Of a DNA stretch of 64,000 bases, positions 1 through 9,907 are shown in pieces. The stretch lies in contig JBBRPO010000017.1 of assembly GCA_038227865.1 (NCBI GenBank), positions 21,365 to 85,364 on the forward strand, in the 5' to 3' direction. Under the pieces are notes generated by a model that did not search any database, was not told where the DNA came from, and saw nothing but the letters and a program-made list of their open reading frames with translations. This DNA is from Caulobacterales bacterium. GTDB lineage: Bacteria > Pseudomonadota > Alphaproteobacteria > Caulobacterales > Caulobacteraceae. Within the stretch, counting starts at the first letter, position 1; every line of letters begins with the position of its first letter. Made by a program: the position numbers and the translations under genes.

Positions 1-30
1 CCATCCCACGCGGCGGACGAACCACCGCTG

Positions 31-1428
31 TTGGCGGTCAGCATGGCGCCGCCGGTTCCTCGCTTTGACCGCTACAAGGGCGGGCTCCGGTTCCGTATGG
101 CGAAGTTCGTCGATCGGCCGCTCTATGCGGAGTTCCCCATCGATCTGTTCAGCCAGCCGTTCACCGCGGCGCTGTTCAAGCGCTTTGTCGCCGGCCGCTA
201 TGTGCTGGTCGGGGCCGACATCTCCGATATCGACCGGGTCGGCAACCCGGCGACGGCGCTGAATCTTGAGCGGGTTCCGGCGGGGATGAAGATTCACGCC
301 GATCTGCTCGCCCAGCTGCTCGATGGCGTGCGCCAGACTCCGATTCCGGGCTGGGTGCTGGCCTTGAGCGCCGCGATCGTGGTGTTGGGCGGCGCGCTGA
401 CGGGTATGATCAGGATAAGGCGGTTCTGGAACGAGGCGTTCCTGGGCGCGCAACTGATCTTCCTGGCCGGCCTGCCGTTCGCCTGGCAGGCTCTGGGCTT
501 CGATACTGGCCATGTTTCGCAGTTCGGCTGGGCCGTGGGCTGGCTGGTCGCCTACACGGCGACCTCGGCCGCGGCGCGGTCAGTGGGCGCCGAACAGAGG
601 AATTACGCCCAATCGGTGCTCGGCAAATACCTACCTCGGGACGTTGCGGCCCAGATCATTCGCGACCCCAGCAAGATGGCCCTGCACGGCGAGCGCCGCG
701 AGATCTACGCCCTGTTCAGCGACCTGCAGGGCTTCACGGAGATGACCCATGGACTGGAACCAGAAGTGGTCGCCAGTCTGCTCAACGTCTATCTCGACCT
801 GCTCAGCCAGGCGGTGCTGGAGCATGGCGGCACGATCGACAAGTTCGTCGGCGACGCGGTGGTGGCGTTCTGGGGGGCGCCGATCGCTAGGCCTGATGAC
901 GGGGAGCGGGCGGTCCGGGCGGCGATATCGATGTGGCGCGTGGGGGAGGCCTTCCGCAAGACCCCGATGGGCGACCATCCGCCACTGGGACGCACCCGGG
1001 TGGGTCTGCATCGCGGCCTAGCCATCGTCGGCAATTTCGGCGGCGAAGGACGGATCACCTATACCGCGCTGGGTGATGTGATGAACACCGCCGCCCGCCT
1101 GGAGTCAGCCAACAAACAGCTGCTAACTCGGTTGTTGATCAGCCGGGAAGCGCTGCCTACGTCCATGGAGACGGACTTCCGCGCCATGGGACGCATCCGC
1201 TTACGGGGCCGCTCGACGCCGGTGGAGGTTTTCGAAGCCGCGCCCGACTTCCCACTCGCGGCCAGACAAAGCCTGAACCACGCCTATGCAAGGTTCGATG
1301 ATGGTGAACTGGCCGCGCTCGAAGACATCAGGACCCTGGGCGCGGCGTTCCCGGACGACGTCGCGCTGAGCAATCTGATTGGACGCCTAGGGGCGGTGGG
1401 TCCTGGCGGGGTGTTTCAGTTGAGTTGA
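31..1428 (+). CDS. CHASE2-domain class III adenylate/guanylate cyclase (5' end probably lies before the window)
   Basis: CHASE2-like C-terminal part, then three hydrophobic helices, then cyclase motifs FSDLQGFT, DKFVGDAVVAFWGAP and GDVMNTAARLES. Confidence 0.9.
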   Translation: MAVSMAPPVPRFDRYKGGLRFRMAKFVDRPLYAEFPIDLFSQPFTAALFKRFVAGRYVLVGADISDIDRVGNPATALNLERVPAGMKIHADLLAQLLDGVRQTPIPGWVLALSAAIVVLGGALTGMIRIRRFWNEAFLGAQLIFLAGLPFAWQALGFDTGHVSQFGWAVGWLVAYTATSAAARSVGAEQRNYAQSVLGKYLPRDVAAQIIRDPSKMALHGERREIYALFSDLQGFTEMTHGLEPEVVASLLNVYLDLLSQAVLEHGGTIDKFVGDAVVAFWGAPIARPDDGERAVRAAISMWRVGEAFRKTPMGDHPPLGRTRVGLHRGLAIVGNFGGEGRITYTALGDVMNTAARLESANKQLLTRLLISREALPTSMETDFRAMGRIRLRGRSTPVEVFEAAPDFPLAARQSLNHAYARFDDGELAALEDIRTLGAAFPDDVALSNLIGRLGAVGPGGVFQLS

Positions 1429-1462
1429 CGCAAGTCCCGCCCAAACAAGACCCACCCACGCT

Positions 1463-2218
1463 CTACTTCCCGGCCACCTGGGTCTGGAGCGAGTCGAGCT
1501 GATCATAGCATCCGTTGTCGAGCAGGGCCGTGGCCAGGGCGGTGAGGTTGGCGGACTCGGCCGGTATGGTTCTCCAGCGCACCGTGGTGGCGCCGGCCTC
1601 GTCGAGGTTGAGTGAGAACAGATCGCCGTCGGCGTAGGGCAGGTTGTTTGGCCAGGCGATGTCCCGCACCCCGGCGGGCCATGTCAGGACGCGGCTTACA
1701 TGGGTCGAGTCCTGATAGATCGCCAGACGCCCCTCGGAAGCCGTGCTATCGCGGGTCACAACCGGAATCTGCCCGCTCACCACGCAGAAGTTGCGCGGGT
1801 CGCTGGGTTCTCCCTGCTGCCAGGAGACGATGTCAAGCCGCCACAGTGGTGGGACGTCGGTCGGAGCCGGGGTCTTACCGTCGTCGAGAGTGAATCCTCG
1901 AACGGCCGCTATGCCCGGGCGGCTGGCGTTGGCGCGCCGGAACACGTCCTGGAGGGCGGCCTTGCTGCCCGTTGAAATCTGTCCCGCCTGCACCGACGCG
2001 GGTCCGTTGAGGAGATGCGAGCCGGCGGCGTCGAGCACCTCCAGCTGATCTCCGGCCTTCAGCAAAATCAGCCGGCTCGGCGCCAGCACGGCGCCTTGTG
2101 GATAGGCCGCCGATGATGGGCCCCTGGCGTTCAGAACGACGACCTGCGCCGAGGCGGCGGACAGGCCAACAAACCACACCATCGCCGCGGCAGCGGCGGC
2201 ATTGGCAAGCGACCCCAT
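1463..2218 (-). CDS. Hypothetical secreted protein
   Basis: ATG at 2218 gives MGSLANAAAAAAMVWFVGLSAASAQ, a signal-peptide-like start; three Cys; the upstream extension in the ORF track overlaps the P450 gene. Confidence 0.7.
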   Translation of the reverse strand: MGSLANAAAAAAMVWFVGLSAASAQVVVLNARGPSSAAYPQGAVLAPSRLILLKAGDQLEVLDAAGSHLLNGPASVQAGQISTGSKAALQDVFRRANASRPGIAAVRGFTLDDGKTPAPTDVPPLWRLDIVSWQQGEPSDPRNFCVVSGQIPVVTRDSTASEGRLAIYQDSTHVSRVLTWPAGVRDIAWPNNLPYADGDLFSLNLDEAGATTVRWRTIPAESANLTALATALLDNGCYDQLDSLQTQVAGK

Positions 2219-2322
2219 AAAATATCTCCGATCGTTCAGACCGCGAGTCTTACCCCGACCCTTCAGCTTGGCACCAATACGACGACTAGGTCGATCTTGG
2301 AAGGCGGGTTCCGCTCGGCGGT

Positions 2323-3600
2323 TCAGACAGCGTTCCGCGTCGGGACGACTACAGGCAGATACTCGTAGCCCTTGACGAAACTCGAAAACACCCGGCGCGG
2401 TTCGCCGACCACTTGGATGACGGGGAAGCGTTTCAGAATCTCCTCCCAGATGATCTTCAGCTGAAGTTCGGCCAGGCGATTGCCGACGCAGCGGTGGATG
2501 CCGAAGCCGAAGGATAGGTGCTGGCGGGGCCGCTCGCGCTCGATGTTGTAGCGGTTCGGCTCCGAGATCACCTCTTCGTCGCGATTGCCTGACACATACC
2601 ACATCAGCACCTTGTCGCCGGCCTTGATCAGTTTGTCGCGCAGCTGGAAGTCCTGCTTGGCGGTGCGGCGCATGTAGGCCAGCGGCGTCTGCCAGCGAAT
2701 GGTTTCGGAGACCATGCTGGGGATCAGGGAGGGGTTGTCGCGCAGTTTTTGATATTGATCGGGGTTCTGGTTCAGGGCCAGGACGCTGCCGGAGATCGAG
2801 TTGCGGGTGGTGTCGTTGCCCCCGACGATCAGCAGGATCAGGTTCCCGAGATATTCCATCCGGTCCATGTTTCGGGTCGACTCACCATGGGCGAGCATCG
2901 AGATCAGGTCGTTCTGGGGCGGAGCGTTCACGCGCTCGTTCCACAGGTTCAGGAAATAGTCGGCGCATTCAAACAGCGCGACGCGGCGGCGTTGTTCGTG
3001 TTCCTCAGGGTCGGTGGTGCCCAGAATACCAGACTGCGGCGCGGCGGTGGCTACGTCCGACCAAAAGGTAAGTTTGGCGCGGTCTTCCCAGGGAAAATTG
3101 AACAGCGTAGCCAAGGTCATGGTGGTCAATTCGATGGAAACTTTTTCCACCCAGTTGAACTCCTCGCCCACCGGCACGGTGTCGAGAATCTCGGCGGCGC
3201 GCTCGCGGATCACTGGCGCGAGGTTCATCAGATTGGCCGGGCTGACGATCGGCGACACGGTCTTGCGCTGGGCGTCGTGCTTAGGCGGGTCCATGGCGAT
3301 GAACATCGGCAGGGCGAAGTCTTCTTCCGGGTCGAACGCCGTGATCGCCGGTTCGGAGGAGAACACCTGGTGATTGGTGTCGACCGCCATGATGTCGTTG
3401 TATTTGGTCACCGACCAATAGGCGCCGACTTCCTCGTCGACCGCATAGTGGACCGGATCCTCGGCGCGGAGCCGTTCGAAATAGGGCCACAGGGTATCGT
3501 CGCGGAACAACTCAGGATCCAGGGGTTGGATGTCCTCGATGGGCATGGAATAGGCGAGGCTTCGCGCTGCCCTCCGGATGTCGTTGCCAGCATCGTCCAT
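2323..3600 (-). CDS. Cytochrome P450, CYP153 family
   Basis: MFIAMDPPKH, I-helix LIVGGNDTT, ETIR (ExxR) and heme motif FGFGIHRCVG; ATG at 3600 preceded by AAGGA. Confidence 0.95.
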   Translation of the reverse strand: MDDAGNDIRRAARSLAYSMPIEDIQPLDPELFRDDTLWPYFERLRAEDPVHYAVDEEVGAYWSVTKYNDIMAVDTNHQVFSSEPAITAFDPEEDFALPMFIAMDPPKHDAQRKTVSPIVSPANLMNLAPVIRERAAEILDTVPVGEEFNWVEKVSIELTTMTLATLFNFPWEDRAKLTFWSDVATAAPQSGILGTTDPEEHEQRRRVALFECADYFLNLWNERVNAPPQNDLISMLAHGESTRNMDRMEYLGNLILLIVGGNDTTRNSISGSVLALNQNPDQYQKLRDNPSLIPSMVSETIRWQTPLAYMRRTAKQDFQLRDKLIKAGDKVLMWYVSGNRDEEVISEPNRYNIERERPRQHLSFGFGIHRCVGNRLAELQLKIIWEEILKRFPVIQVVGEPRRVFSSFVKGYEYLPVVVPTRNAV

Positions 3601-3709
3601 GGTCGTTTCCTTCTCGCCGCCCGGTCTCCCGCGTGGAGTTGACGGCGGCGTCACTTTTGCCTTTTTCCAATCCCGACGGCAAGACCCTAAGGCCGGGGGA
3701 CGGCGCCGA

Positions 3710-4585
3710 TCACGGGGTTGTTTGAAAAATATTCCAGTCAAACCGTACCGCCATCGACGTTGTTTCGCCCGGCGACAGCACGACCATGCCGTATCCCGCG
3801 CCGCCCGGCGACCTGTTGACGGCGTCCAGCCTATGGCTGATCGGTTCGACGCAGACATGGTCCCGGCCAATGGGTGCATAGACCACCAGCCATGGCCTGG
3901 CGGCGTTGCAACTGATGCATACGGTCAGATCGCGGGCCGGCCAGGTAATCCGCGCTATGCCGTTCCAGCCGGCGAACTGATGATCGACGAACGCCGTGAT
4001 CGCCCGGCCGCCGCGCCAATCCCAGGCGGTGGGAGGTGGCGCGGGTGGTCCGTCGGCGGACAGATGGACACCACTGACATCGGCCTCCAGGCGTGTGTCG
4101 GAATCGCGCGGAAAATAGGGGTGCAACCCCAGCCCCGCCGGCATGGGTGACGCCGAGGTGTTGGTCACCGCGACAGTGTGGACCAGGACGTTGTTCCGCA
4201 GGGCGAAGGTCTGCTCGGCCCGATAGGTCCAGGGCCAATCGCCGGCAGCGTGATCGAACACCAGCCGAGCGGTCGTCGCGCCGTGCTGGGCCACGCGCCA
4301 GGCGGCGCGCCAGCCCTGGCCGTGGATGGCGTCCGTCTCTCCGGACAGGTTTGGCGAGAGGACGATCTGGCGGCCGTCGAAGTTGAAGCGGCCGCCGGTG
4401 ATGCGCCCGGCGAACGGAACCAGCGGAAAATTGCCGAGGCCCAGGGGATCGCCGGCCTCAAGCGTTTCGGGCGTCGCCGGCCTGAGGATGTCCAGGCTAC
4501 GCCAGGCGAGACCCGCGACGCCGCCGCCGATCCCGGGAGCGAGGGTCAGGACCGCGTCGCCGTGGGCGAGGTCCAGCCGGTCCAC
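3710..4585 (-). CDS. Aldose 1-epimerase family protein
   Basis: FPLVPFAGRI, AIHGQGW, GLGLHPYF and CVEPISH motifs; GTG at 4585 with GGAG upstream. Confidence 0.85.
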   Translation of the reverse strand: MDRLDLAHGDAVLTLAPGIGGGVAGLAWRSLDILRPATPETLEAGDPLGLGNFPLVPFAGRITGGRFNFDGRQIVLSPNLSGETDAIHGQGWRAAWRVAQHGATTARLVFDHAAGDWPWTYRAEQTFALRNNVLVHTVAVTNTSASPMPAGLGLHPYFPRDSDTRLEADVSGVHLSADGPPAPPPTAWDWRGGRAITAFVDHQFAGWNGIARITWPARDLTVCISCNAARPWLVVYAPIGRDHVCVEPISHRLDAVNRSPGGAGYGMVVLSPGETTSMAVRFDWNIFQTTP

Positions 4586-4590
4586 CGCGA

Positions 4591-6960
4591 TCAGCTCCCG
4601 GGCGTCAGGGCGATGACCCGCTCGGCCTGTTTGTCCACCGCCGCGCGGGAGTAGAGCAGCGGCGCATACTGTCCGGCCGCCCAGAGTGGGAAGAGATCGC
4701 CATAGTGGGGGCTGGCCGGGTCGCCTGACTGGCCTGGCGTGTTGATCACCACCGAATTGTCCCACGCCCCGACATCCATCACCATACGCACCGAGGCGCC
4801 GTGGGTGACGTTGAAATCGCCTGGAGAATAGGCGGCGGCCTTGGGCGTGGAGGCGCCGCCGGGGATCGGCAGGGGTCCGACCGTCATGCGAACCTTGTCC
4901 GCGGCGCTGGCGATCGCACTCACGGCGGGGACCCAGGTGGCGTGGTGCAGCCGACCCCATGACCAGCTATCGACGTCGGGTCCCAGACGCGTGGACAACT
5001 CGTCCAATGCCGCCCTCAGGCTTGAAACCAATATGGCGTCGCGCGCGGCTGTCGGATCGGGGCTGAAGGCGGCGTCCGGATGTTCCAGCGCGGTCAGGAT
5101 CGCGTCCAGCGCCGGGGTTCCGATAGCCGCTCGCGCCTTGGGGGCGGCGGTATCGATCACCGCTGGTCCCAGATGCTTGACCGCCCAGATCTCATAGATC
5201 GCCGCCGGGACGCTGCCCACGGTCTCGTCATGATCCCAGGTAATAAGCCGGGCCAGGGCGTCGGCGACCTTCGGGTCGTCAGAGGTCAGGTGTGCGGCGA
5301 GATCGGTCAAGCGGCGTGAGATGGCCGGGTGGTTGTCGGTCTGCAGCGCCATTGAATCGGCCACGCTGACGTGGGTGTTGGCGGCCAGAACCTCGTCGAT
5401 GCGGTCGATGCGCGAGCGGTCGCCCCATTCGAACGACACCTTGCGCGCCTCGGCCGGGTAACCCTTCGGCAGGTTCATCTCGTTGGCGGTGGCGAACCAA
5501 CCCTTGGCCGGGTTCGGGCTGACGGGCAATTCGTCGCCCTTCAGGAAGCCCGCCCACTCGTAGCGCCCGTCGCCGGGCACGGGCAGCAGCCCGTCCCAAT
5601 TGGGCCGCTTGGGCGTCAGTCCCGAGGCCGCCCAGCCGATGGCGCCGGTGGTGTCGGCATAGATCAGGTTCAGGGGTGGCGCGCCCCAATGGTCGTGAGC
5701 AGCCTGAAAATCCGCCCAGGTCTTGGCGTGGGTCAGCCATGAGGCCTGGAAATAGCCCGAGGCGCCGGGCCGGTTCCACACGGTGCGTAGGGCGAAGGCC
5801 CGGCCATGGGAGGGATCGTAGTCCAGAACCGGACCATGGCGCGTGAACCGCAGTTCAACCGGCCGGGGAGGCTCACCCTTCACATCGATGGTGTCATGGA
5901 TCACGGTCATGCCCTCCCAGCCCGCGCCATAGCGATACTGGTTGGGATCGGCCGGGTTCAGCGCATAGACATAGAGGTCTTCCTGATCGATCCCGAAGAT
6001 CGTCAGGCCGAAGGCGGCGGTGTCGTTGTGGCCGAACGATACGCCGGGCAGGGCGGGCTCGCCGGCGCCGATCACCGACAACCCGGGCGCGGTCAGCTGG
6101 ACCAGATAGCGCAGCGACGGGGCGCCCAGCTGCCGGTGCGGGTCATTGGCCAGCAGCGGCCGGCCGGTGGCGGTGCGCGAGGGCGCCACGACCCAGTTGT
6201 TCGAGCCTTCGAACGCCGCGTCGCGGGCGAAATCCGCCGGATCGATGGCCGCGACCTTTGTCGACGCCGGCGAGAATGCCACCGGCTGAGTGGCGAGAAT
6301 GTAGTCGTTGAGCACGTCGGCGCCGACCGTGCACGGATCGAGGCCGGCGGGGATGCTGGCGACATGGGCCGGCTCGAGGCGCTTGCGCAGGGTGTCGGCG
6401 GGCAGGCCCGCGGCGCAGGCGACCCGGGCCCGGGCCACTTCGGAGAGGACATTGCCCACCAGTGCGTGGCTGCGGATCCGCACCACGTCCTCGGCCTTCC
6501 AGGCTTCGGGTTTGGAGCCGGTGATCGTGAACTCAAGCGGCAAGGGTTTCGCGCCGGCGCCAACCTCAGCGACATAGGCGTTGATCCCGGCTACGAAAGC
6601 CTCGACCTCATCCTTGGCGCCGGGGGCGTAGGCGGCCCATTCGGCGGTCATATCGCCGCGATACAGAAACAGCCGCGCGGCGCGATCCTGCGCGATATAG
6701 GCGGGGCCCAAGCTGGCCGACAGTAACCCAAGCCCGCGCTTGCGCCATAGGTCGATCTGCCAAAGCCGGTCGCGCGCGGCGTTGTAGCCCTGCAGGAAAA
6801 AGGCGTCGCGCTCGCTGGCGGCGTAGATGTGAGCGATCCCCCAGTGGTCGATGACGATTTCGCCCTGGGCCCTCAGGCCGGCCACGGCCCAATGGTCGGT
6901 CGGGGCGGCGGTCGCCGAGCCGGCGAGCGTTAGGGCCAAGGTCAGGGCGCGCAGTCTCAT
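4591..6960 (-). CDS. Penicillin acylase family Ntn-hydrolase (secreted)
   Basis: Signal peptide; GSNNW nucleophile site, LLANDPH, PGQSG. Confidence 0.93.
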   Translation of the reverse strand: MRLRALTLALTLAGSATAAPTDHWAVAGLRAQGEIVIDHWGIAHIYAASERDAFFLQGYNAARDRLWQIDLWRKRGLGLLSASLGPAYIAQDRAARLFLYRGDMTAEWAAYAPGAKDEVEAFVAGINAYVAEVGAGAKPLPLEFTITGSKPEAWKAEDVVRIRSHALVGNVLSEVARARVACAAGLPADTLRKRLEPAHVASIPAGLDPCTVGADVLNDYILATQPVAFSPASTKVAAIDPADFARDAAFEGSNNWVVAPSRTATGRPLLANDPHRQLGAPSLRYLVQLTAPGLSVIGAGEPALPGVSFGHNDTAAFGLTIFGIDQEDLYVYALNPADPNQYRYGAGWEGMTVIHDTIDVKGEPPRPVELRFTRHGPVLDYDPSHGRAFALRTVWNRPGASGYFQASWLTHAKTWADFQAAHDHWGAPPLNLIYADTTGAIGWAASGLTPKRPNWDGLLPVPGDGRYEWAGFLKGDELPVSPNPAKGWFATANEMNLPKGYPAEARKVSFEWGDRSRIDRIDEVLAANTHVSVADSMALQTDNHPAISRRLTDLAAHLTSDDPKVADALARLITWDHDETVGSVPAAIYEIWAVKHLGPAVIDTAAPKARAAIGTPALDAILTALEHPDAAFSPDPTAARDAILVSSLRAALDELSTRLGPDVDSWSWGRLHHATWVPAVSAIASAADKVRMTVGPLPIPGGASTPKAAAYSPGDFNVTHGASVRMVMDVGAWDNSVVINTPGQSGDPASPHYGDLFPLWAAGQYAPLLYSRAAVDKQAERVIALTPGS

Positions 6961-8327
6961 GATCCAGCATACCTTTTCTTTACCGTGCCCCCCGACAGAG
7001 GAAGCGCGCTCTCATCGATGATCCTGCCGCCCTTCATCACCAGCGCGATGGCCTTGGTGTTGTCGATGTCGGCCAGGGGATCGGCGTTGAGCAGCACCAG
7101 GTCGGCCAGCTTGCCTTCCTCGACCGAGCCCATATCGTCGGCCTTGCCCAGGAACACGGCGCCATTGTGGGTGGCGATCTTGATAACCTGGGCTGGGGTC
7201 AGGCCCGCCTGAACGAGCAGCTCCATCTCGCGGTGCGCGGCCGGGCCGCTCGACTGATCGGTGCCGAGTGCGGCTATGCCGCCGGCCGCCACGATCTTGC
7301 GGATGTTCTCTTCGCAGATCGGGGTCATCAGCTTCATCCACCAGGTCCAGGACCTAGCCCGATAGGCGGCGCGGACGGTGGTCTTCAGATCCTGGCGCTC
7401 GGCGGCGCTCAGGGTGGCGACATAGTCGCTCTGGTCGAGAAACTCCGGGTGTTCGGCCAGCCGGCTGTAGTTCTCGCCGATGGTCAGGGTGGTGGCGAAG
7501 GGGATTTTCTTGGCCGCCATCAGCCGCACGAAATTATCGCTCACCGGCCCCTGGATCACCGGATGGGCCAGGGTGTCGGCGCCGGCGTAGATCGCCTCCT
7601 CGGAGCGACGCTCGTTGGACACGTGGACGGTCGTGCGGATACCGTGCTCGTTGTAGTATTGGATGATCTGGTGCAGCAGCGGCTGCGGCATCAGGGTGAT
7701 CATCGGCCGCGCGCCCCAACCCTCCTCGTCATAGGTCAGCTTGAGGATATCGGGCTGCTGTTCGGCGATGTGCTTGTCGAGCAGCGCCTTGTCCTTCTCG
7801 AAGTCGCTGATCCGCACCGCCATCGCGTCGCCGTGGCTGCCTGGATAGGTGATCAGGTTGCCGGTGGCGAAGATGCGCGGCGACTGAATCTGTCCCGCCC
7901 GCTCGCGCGCCCGTTCATAGAGGCTGTTCTCGGGCACGTTGCCGACGTCCACCACCGTGGTGAAGCCGTCATAGAGGTAGCTGGCCAGCGCCGCCTCGGC
8001 CGCCGCGTGGTCGATCACCGGGAGGCCATCGTGTCTGGTGTCCCTGGGAGCGTCCCACTTCCAGCCGGCCAGGTGGATATGCACGTCCATCAGGCCGGGG
8101 ATCAGGTATTTTCCGCGCCCGTCGATCACCGTGCCGCGCGCCGTCGCGGCCGCCACCGTCGGCGTCACCGTTACGATCCGCGTCCCGTCCACCACCACGG
8201 TCATGTCGGACCTGGCCGGCGCTCCGGTGCCGTCGATCACCGTCACATGCTCGATCGTCCAGGCGGCGCGGGCGGACCCGGCGGCCAGAGCCAGAAGCGC
8301 GGCGGCGAACAGGGGAATGCGGATCAT
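6957..8327 (-). CDS. Amidohydrolase family protein (secreted)
   Basis: Signal peptide from ATG 8327; PGLMDVHIH, ALGTD, GKLADLVLL; 4-bp overlap with the acylase start. Confidence 0.9.
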   Translation of the reverse strand: MIRIPLFAAALLALAAGSARAAWTIEHVTVIDGTGAPARSDMTVVVDGTRIVTVTPTVAAATARGTVIDGRGKYLIPGLMDVHIHLAGWKWDAPRDTRHDGLPVIDHAAAEAALASYLYDGFTTVVDVGNVPENSLYERARERAGQIQSPRIFATGNLITYPGSHGDAMAVRISDFEKDKALLDKHIAEQQPDILKLTYDEEGWGARPMITLMPQPLLHQIIQYYNEHGIRTTVHVSNERRSEEAIYAGADTLAHPVIQGPVSDNFVRLMAAKKIPFATTLTIGENYSRLAEHPEFLDQSDYVATLSAAERQDLKTTVRAAYRARSWTWWMKLMTPICEENIRKIVAAGGIAALGTDQSSGPAAHREMELLVQAGLTPAQVIKIATHNGAVFLGKADDMGSVEEGKLADLVLLNADPLADIDNTKAIALVMKGGRIIDESALPLSGGTVKKRYAGS

Positions 8328-8452
8328 GGGCGCCTCAGGCGGAACGGGCCGCCACTGTCGGCCGGTTCCGGTGGGATGAACAGGGCCCGGGCGACACGGC
8401 CGCCATGCCGAAGCGTGTTTTGCGAGGCCGACGAGGTCTTCCCGCGCAGATC

Positions 8453-9907
8453 TCAGCGTTCCGCTCGTTCCGCCACGATCGTCGGCGCATCGGCGGACCG
8501 GCCCCCGCCCAGCGCCTTGAAGACCTGCACCGAACGGCGCAGTGCCTGGACCCGGGCGCCGGTGAGAGCGCCCCGCGCGCGCCGCCACATTCGCTCGGCT
8601 GAAAGCGCCGAGGTCAGGTCGGCGACACCCGCCGAATAGCTTGCGCGGGCGCCCTGATAAGCCGAGCGCGCTTTAGTCTCGCCGGTGGTCAGGACCGTGA
8701 CGCGCGCCTCGTCGGCGGAGAGAGCCACCAGTGCGTTCTCGGCCTCGCCGTAGGCGGTCTGCACCGTTTTTTCATAGGCGATCAGGGCCCGATCGGCGCG
8801 CGCGCCCTGAGCGCGGATCTCGCTCGTCAGCCTCGGGAGGTCGAAAATCGGCTGGGTTAGGCCGAGCCCGATAGCCCAGAACTCACTGGCCGCCGGGCCG
8901 CCGAAACCTGGCCCGGCGCTGATTCCGAGGTCCGGCTGCAGGGTCAACCTCGGCAGGAGCGCCAGCCGGTCCAGTTTCAGCTGGCCCGTGGCCGATACGA
9001 GCGCGGCGGCCGCTTCGCGCACGTCCGGACGACGCGCGAGCAGCTCTCCGCGCGCGGTCGCGGGAACGGCGGGGGGCGTCCCGGCCTCCGCCGGCGCCGG
9101 CAGGGTTTCCAGCGGATCGACGCCCTGGCCCACAAGGACCAGCAGGGTGCGGCGGGTGGCATGAAGCTGGCTCGCGAGGTCGGCGACCCGGGCGTCCGCC
9201 TGGGCGGTGAGGGCGGTGGTCTGGTCGGCGTCGGCGTTCGAGCCCACCCCGTGGAGGGCCTTCTTGCGCGCGACATCCCCGAGTTCGCGCTGGATCCGCT
9301 GCTCTTCCCGGGCGTCCTCGAGCTCGATCGCCAAGCCGCGCGCCTGGAAGAGCTGATCCGCGACATTGGCGGCGAGGCTCGTTCGGACGGCTTCGTAGTC
9401 GAAGCGCGCGGCGGCGAGGTCGGCGTTGGCCTTGCCCCGGGCCGCGCGCCCGCGGCCGAACAGGTCGATTTCCCAGCTCACGCTGAAGTCGGCGTTCCTG
9501 CTGTTGGTCGTCCCTGAATTGTCCAGCGATACCGGGCCGACACCGCGAATGACGATCGCCGCTGGGCCGGAGAGAAGATCGGTGCTGGTCCTGGCGGCCG
9601 AGGCTCGTAGGCCGCCCTGCGGGCCGTAGGCGGCGAGCGCGCCGCCGCGCACGGCGATCGCCTCCGCCAGGCGGGTCCGGGCGACGAGGGCGTCTGGCGC
9701 GGCGGCCAGCGCCCGGTCGATGAGATGCTCCAGCCGCGGATCGTTATAGGCGGTCCACCACCGCTCCAGCGGCACCCCTGGTCGGGTGATGTCCCTCGGC
9801 GCCTCGAACGCCGCGGGAACGCGGATGTCGGGCCTGCGCGGGTTCGGCGCCGAGACACACGCCGCCAGCAGCGACAACATCGCCAGAGACGGCATCGCCC
9901 TATTCAT
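8453..9907 (-). CDS. Outer-membrane efflux lipoprotein (NodT/OprM/TolC family)
   Basis: Lipobox LLAAC; SWEIDLFG, LLARRPDVREA. Confidence 0.9.
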   Translation of the reverse strand: MNRAMPSLAMLSLLAACVSAPNPRRPDIRVPAAFEAPRDITRPGVPLERWWTAYNDPRLEHLIDRALAAAPDALVARTRLAEAIAVRGGALAAYGPQGGLRASAARTSTDLLSGPAAIVIRGVGPVSLDNSGTTNSRNADFSVSWEIDLFGRGRAARGKANADLAAARFDYEAVRTSLAANVADQLFQARGLAIELEDAREEQRIQRELGDVARKKALHGVGSNADADQTTALTAQADARVADLASQLHATRRTLLVLVGQGVDPLETLPAPAEAGTPPAVPATARGELLARRPDVREAAAALVSATGQLKLDRLALLPRLTLQPDLGISAGPGFGGPAASEFWAIGLGLTQPIFDLPRLTSEIRAQGARADRALIAYEKTVQTAYGEAENALVALSADEARVTVLTTGETKARSAYQGARASYSAGVADLTSALSAERMWRRARGALTGARVQALRRSVQVFKALGGGRSADAPTIVAERAER

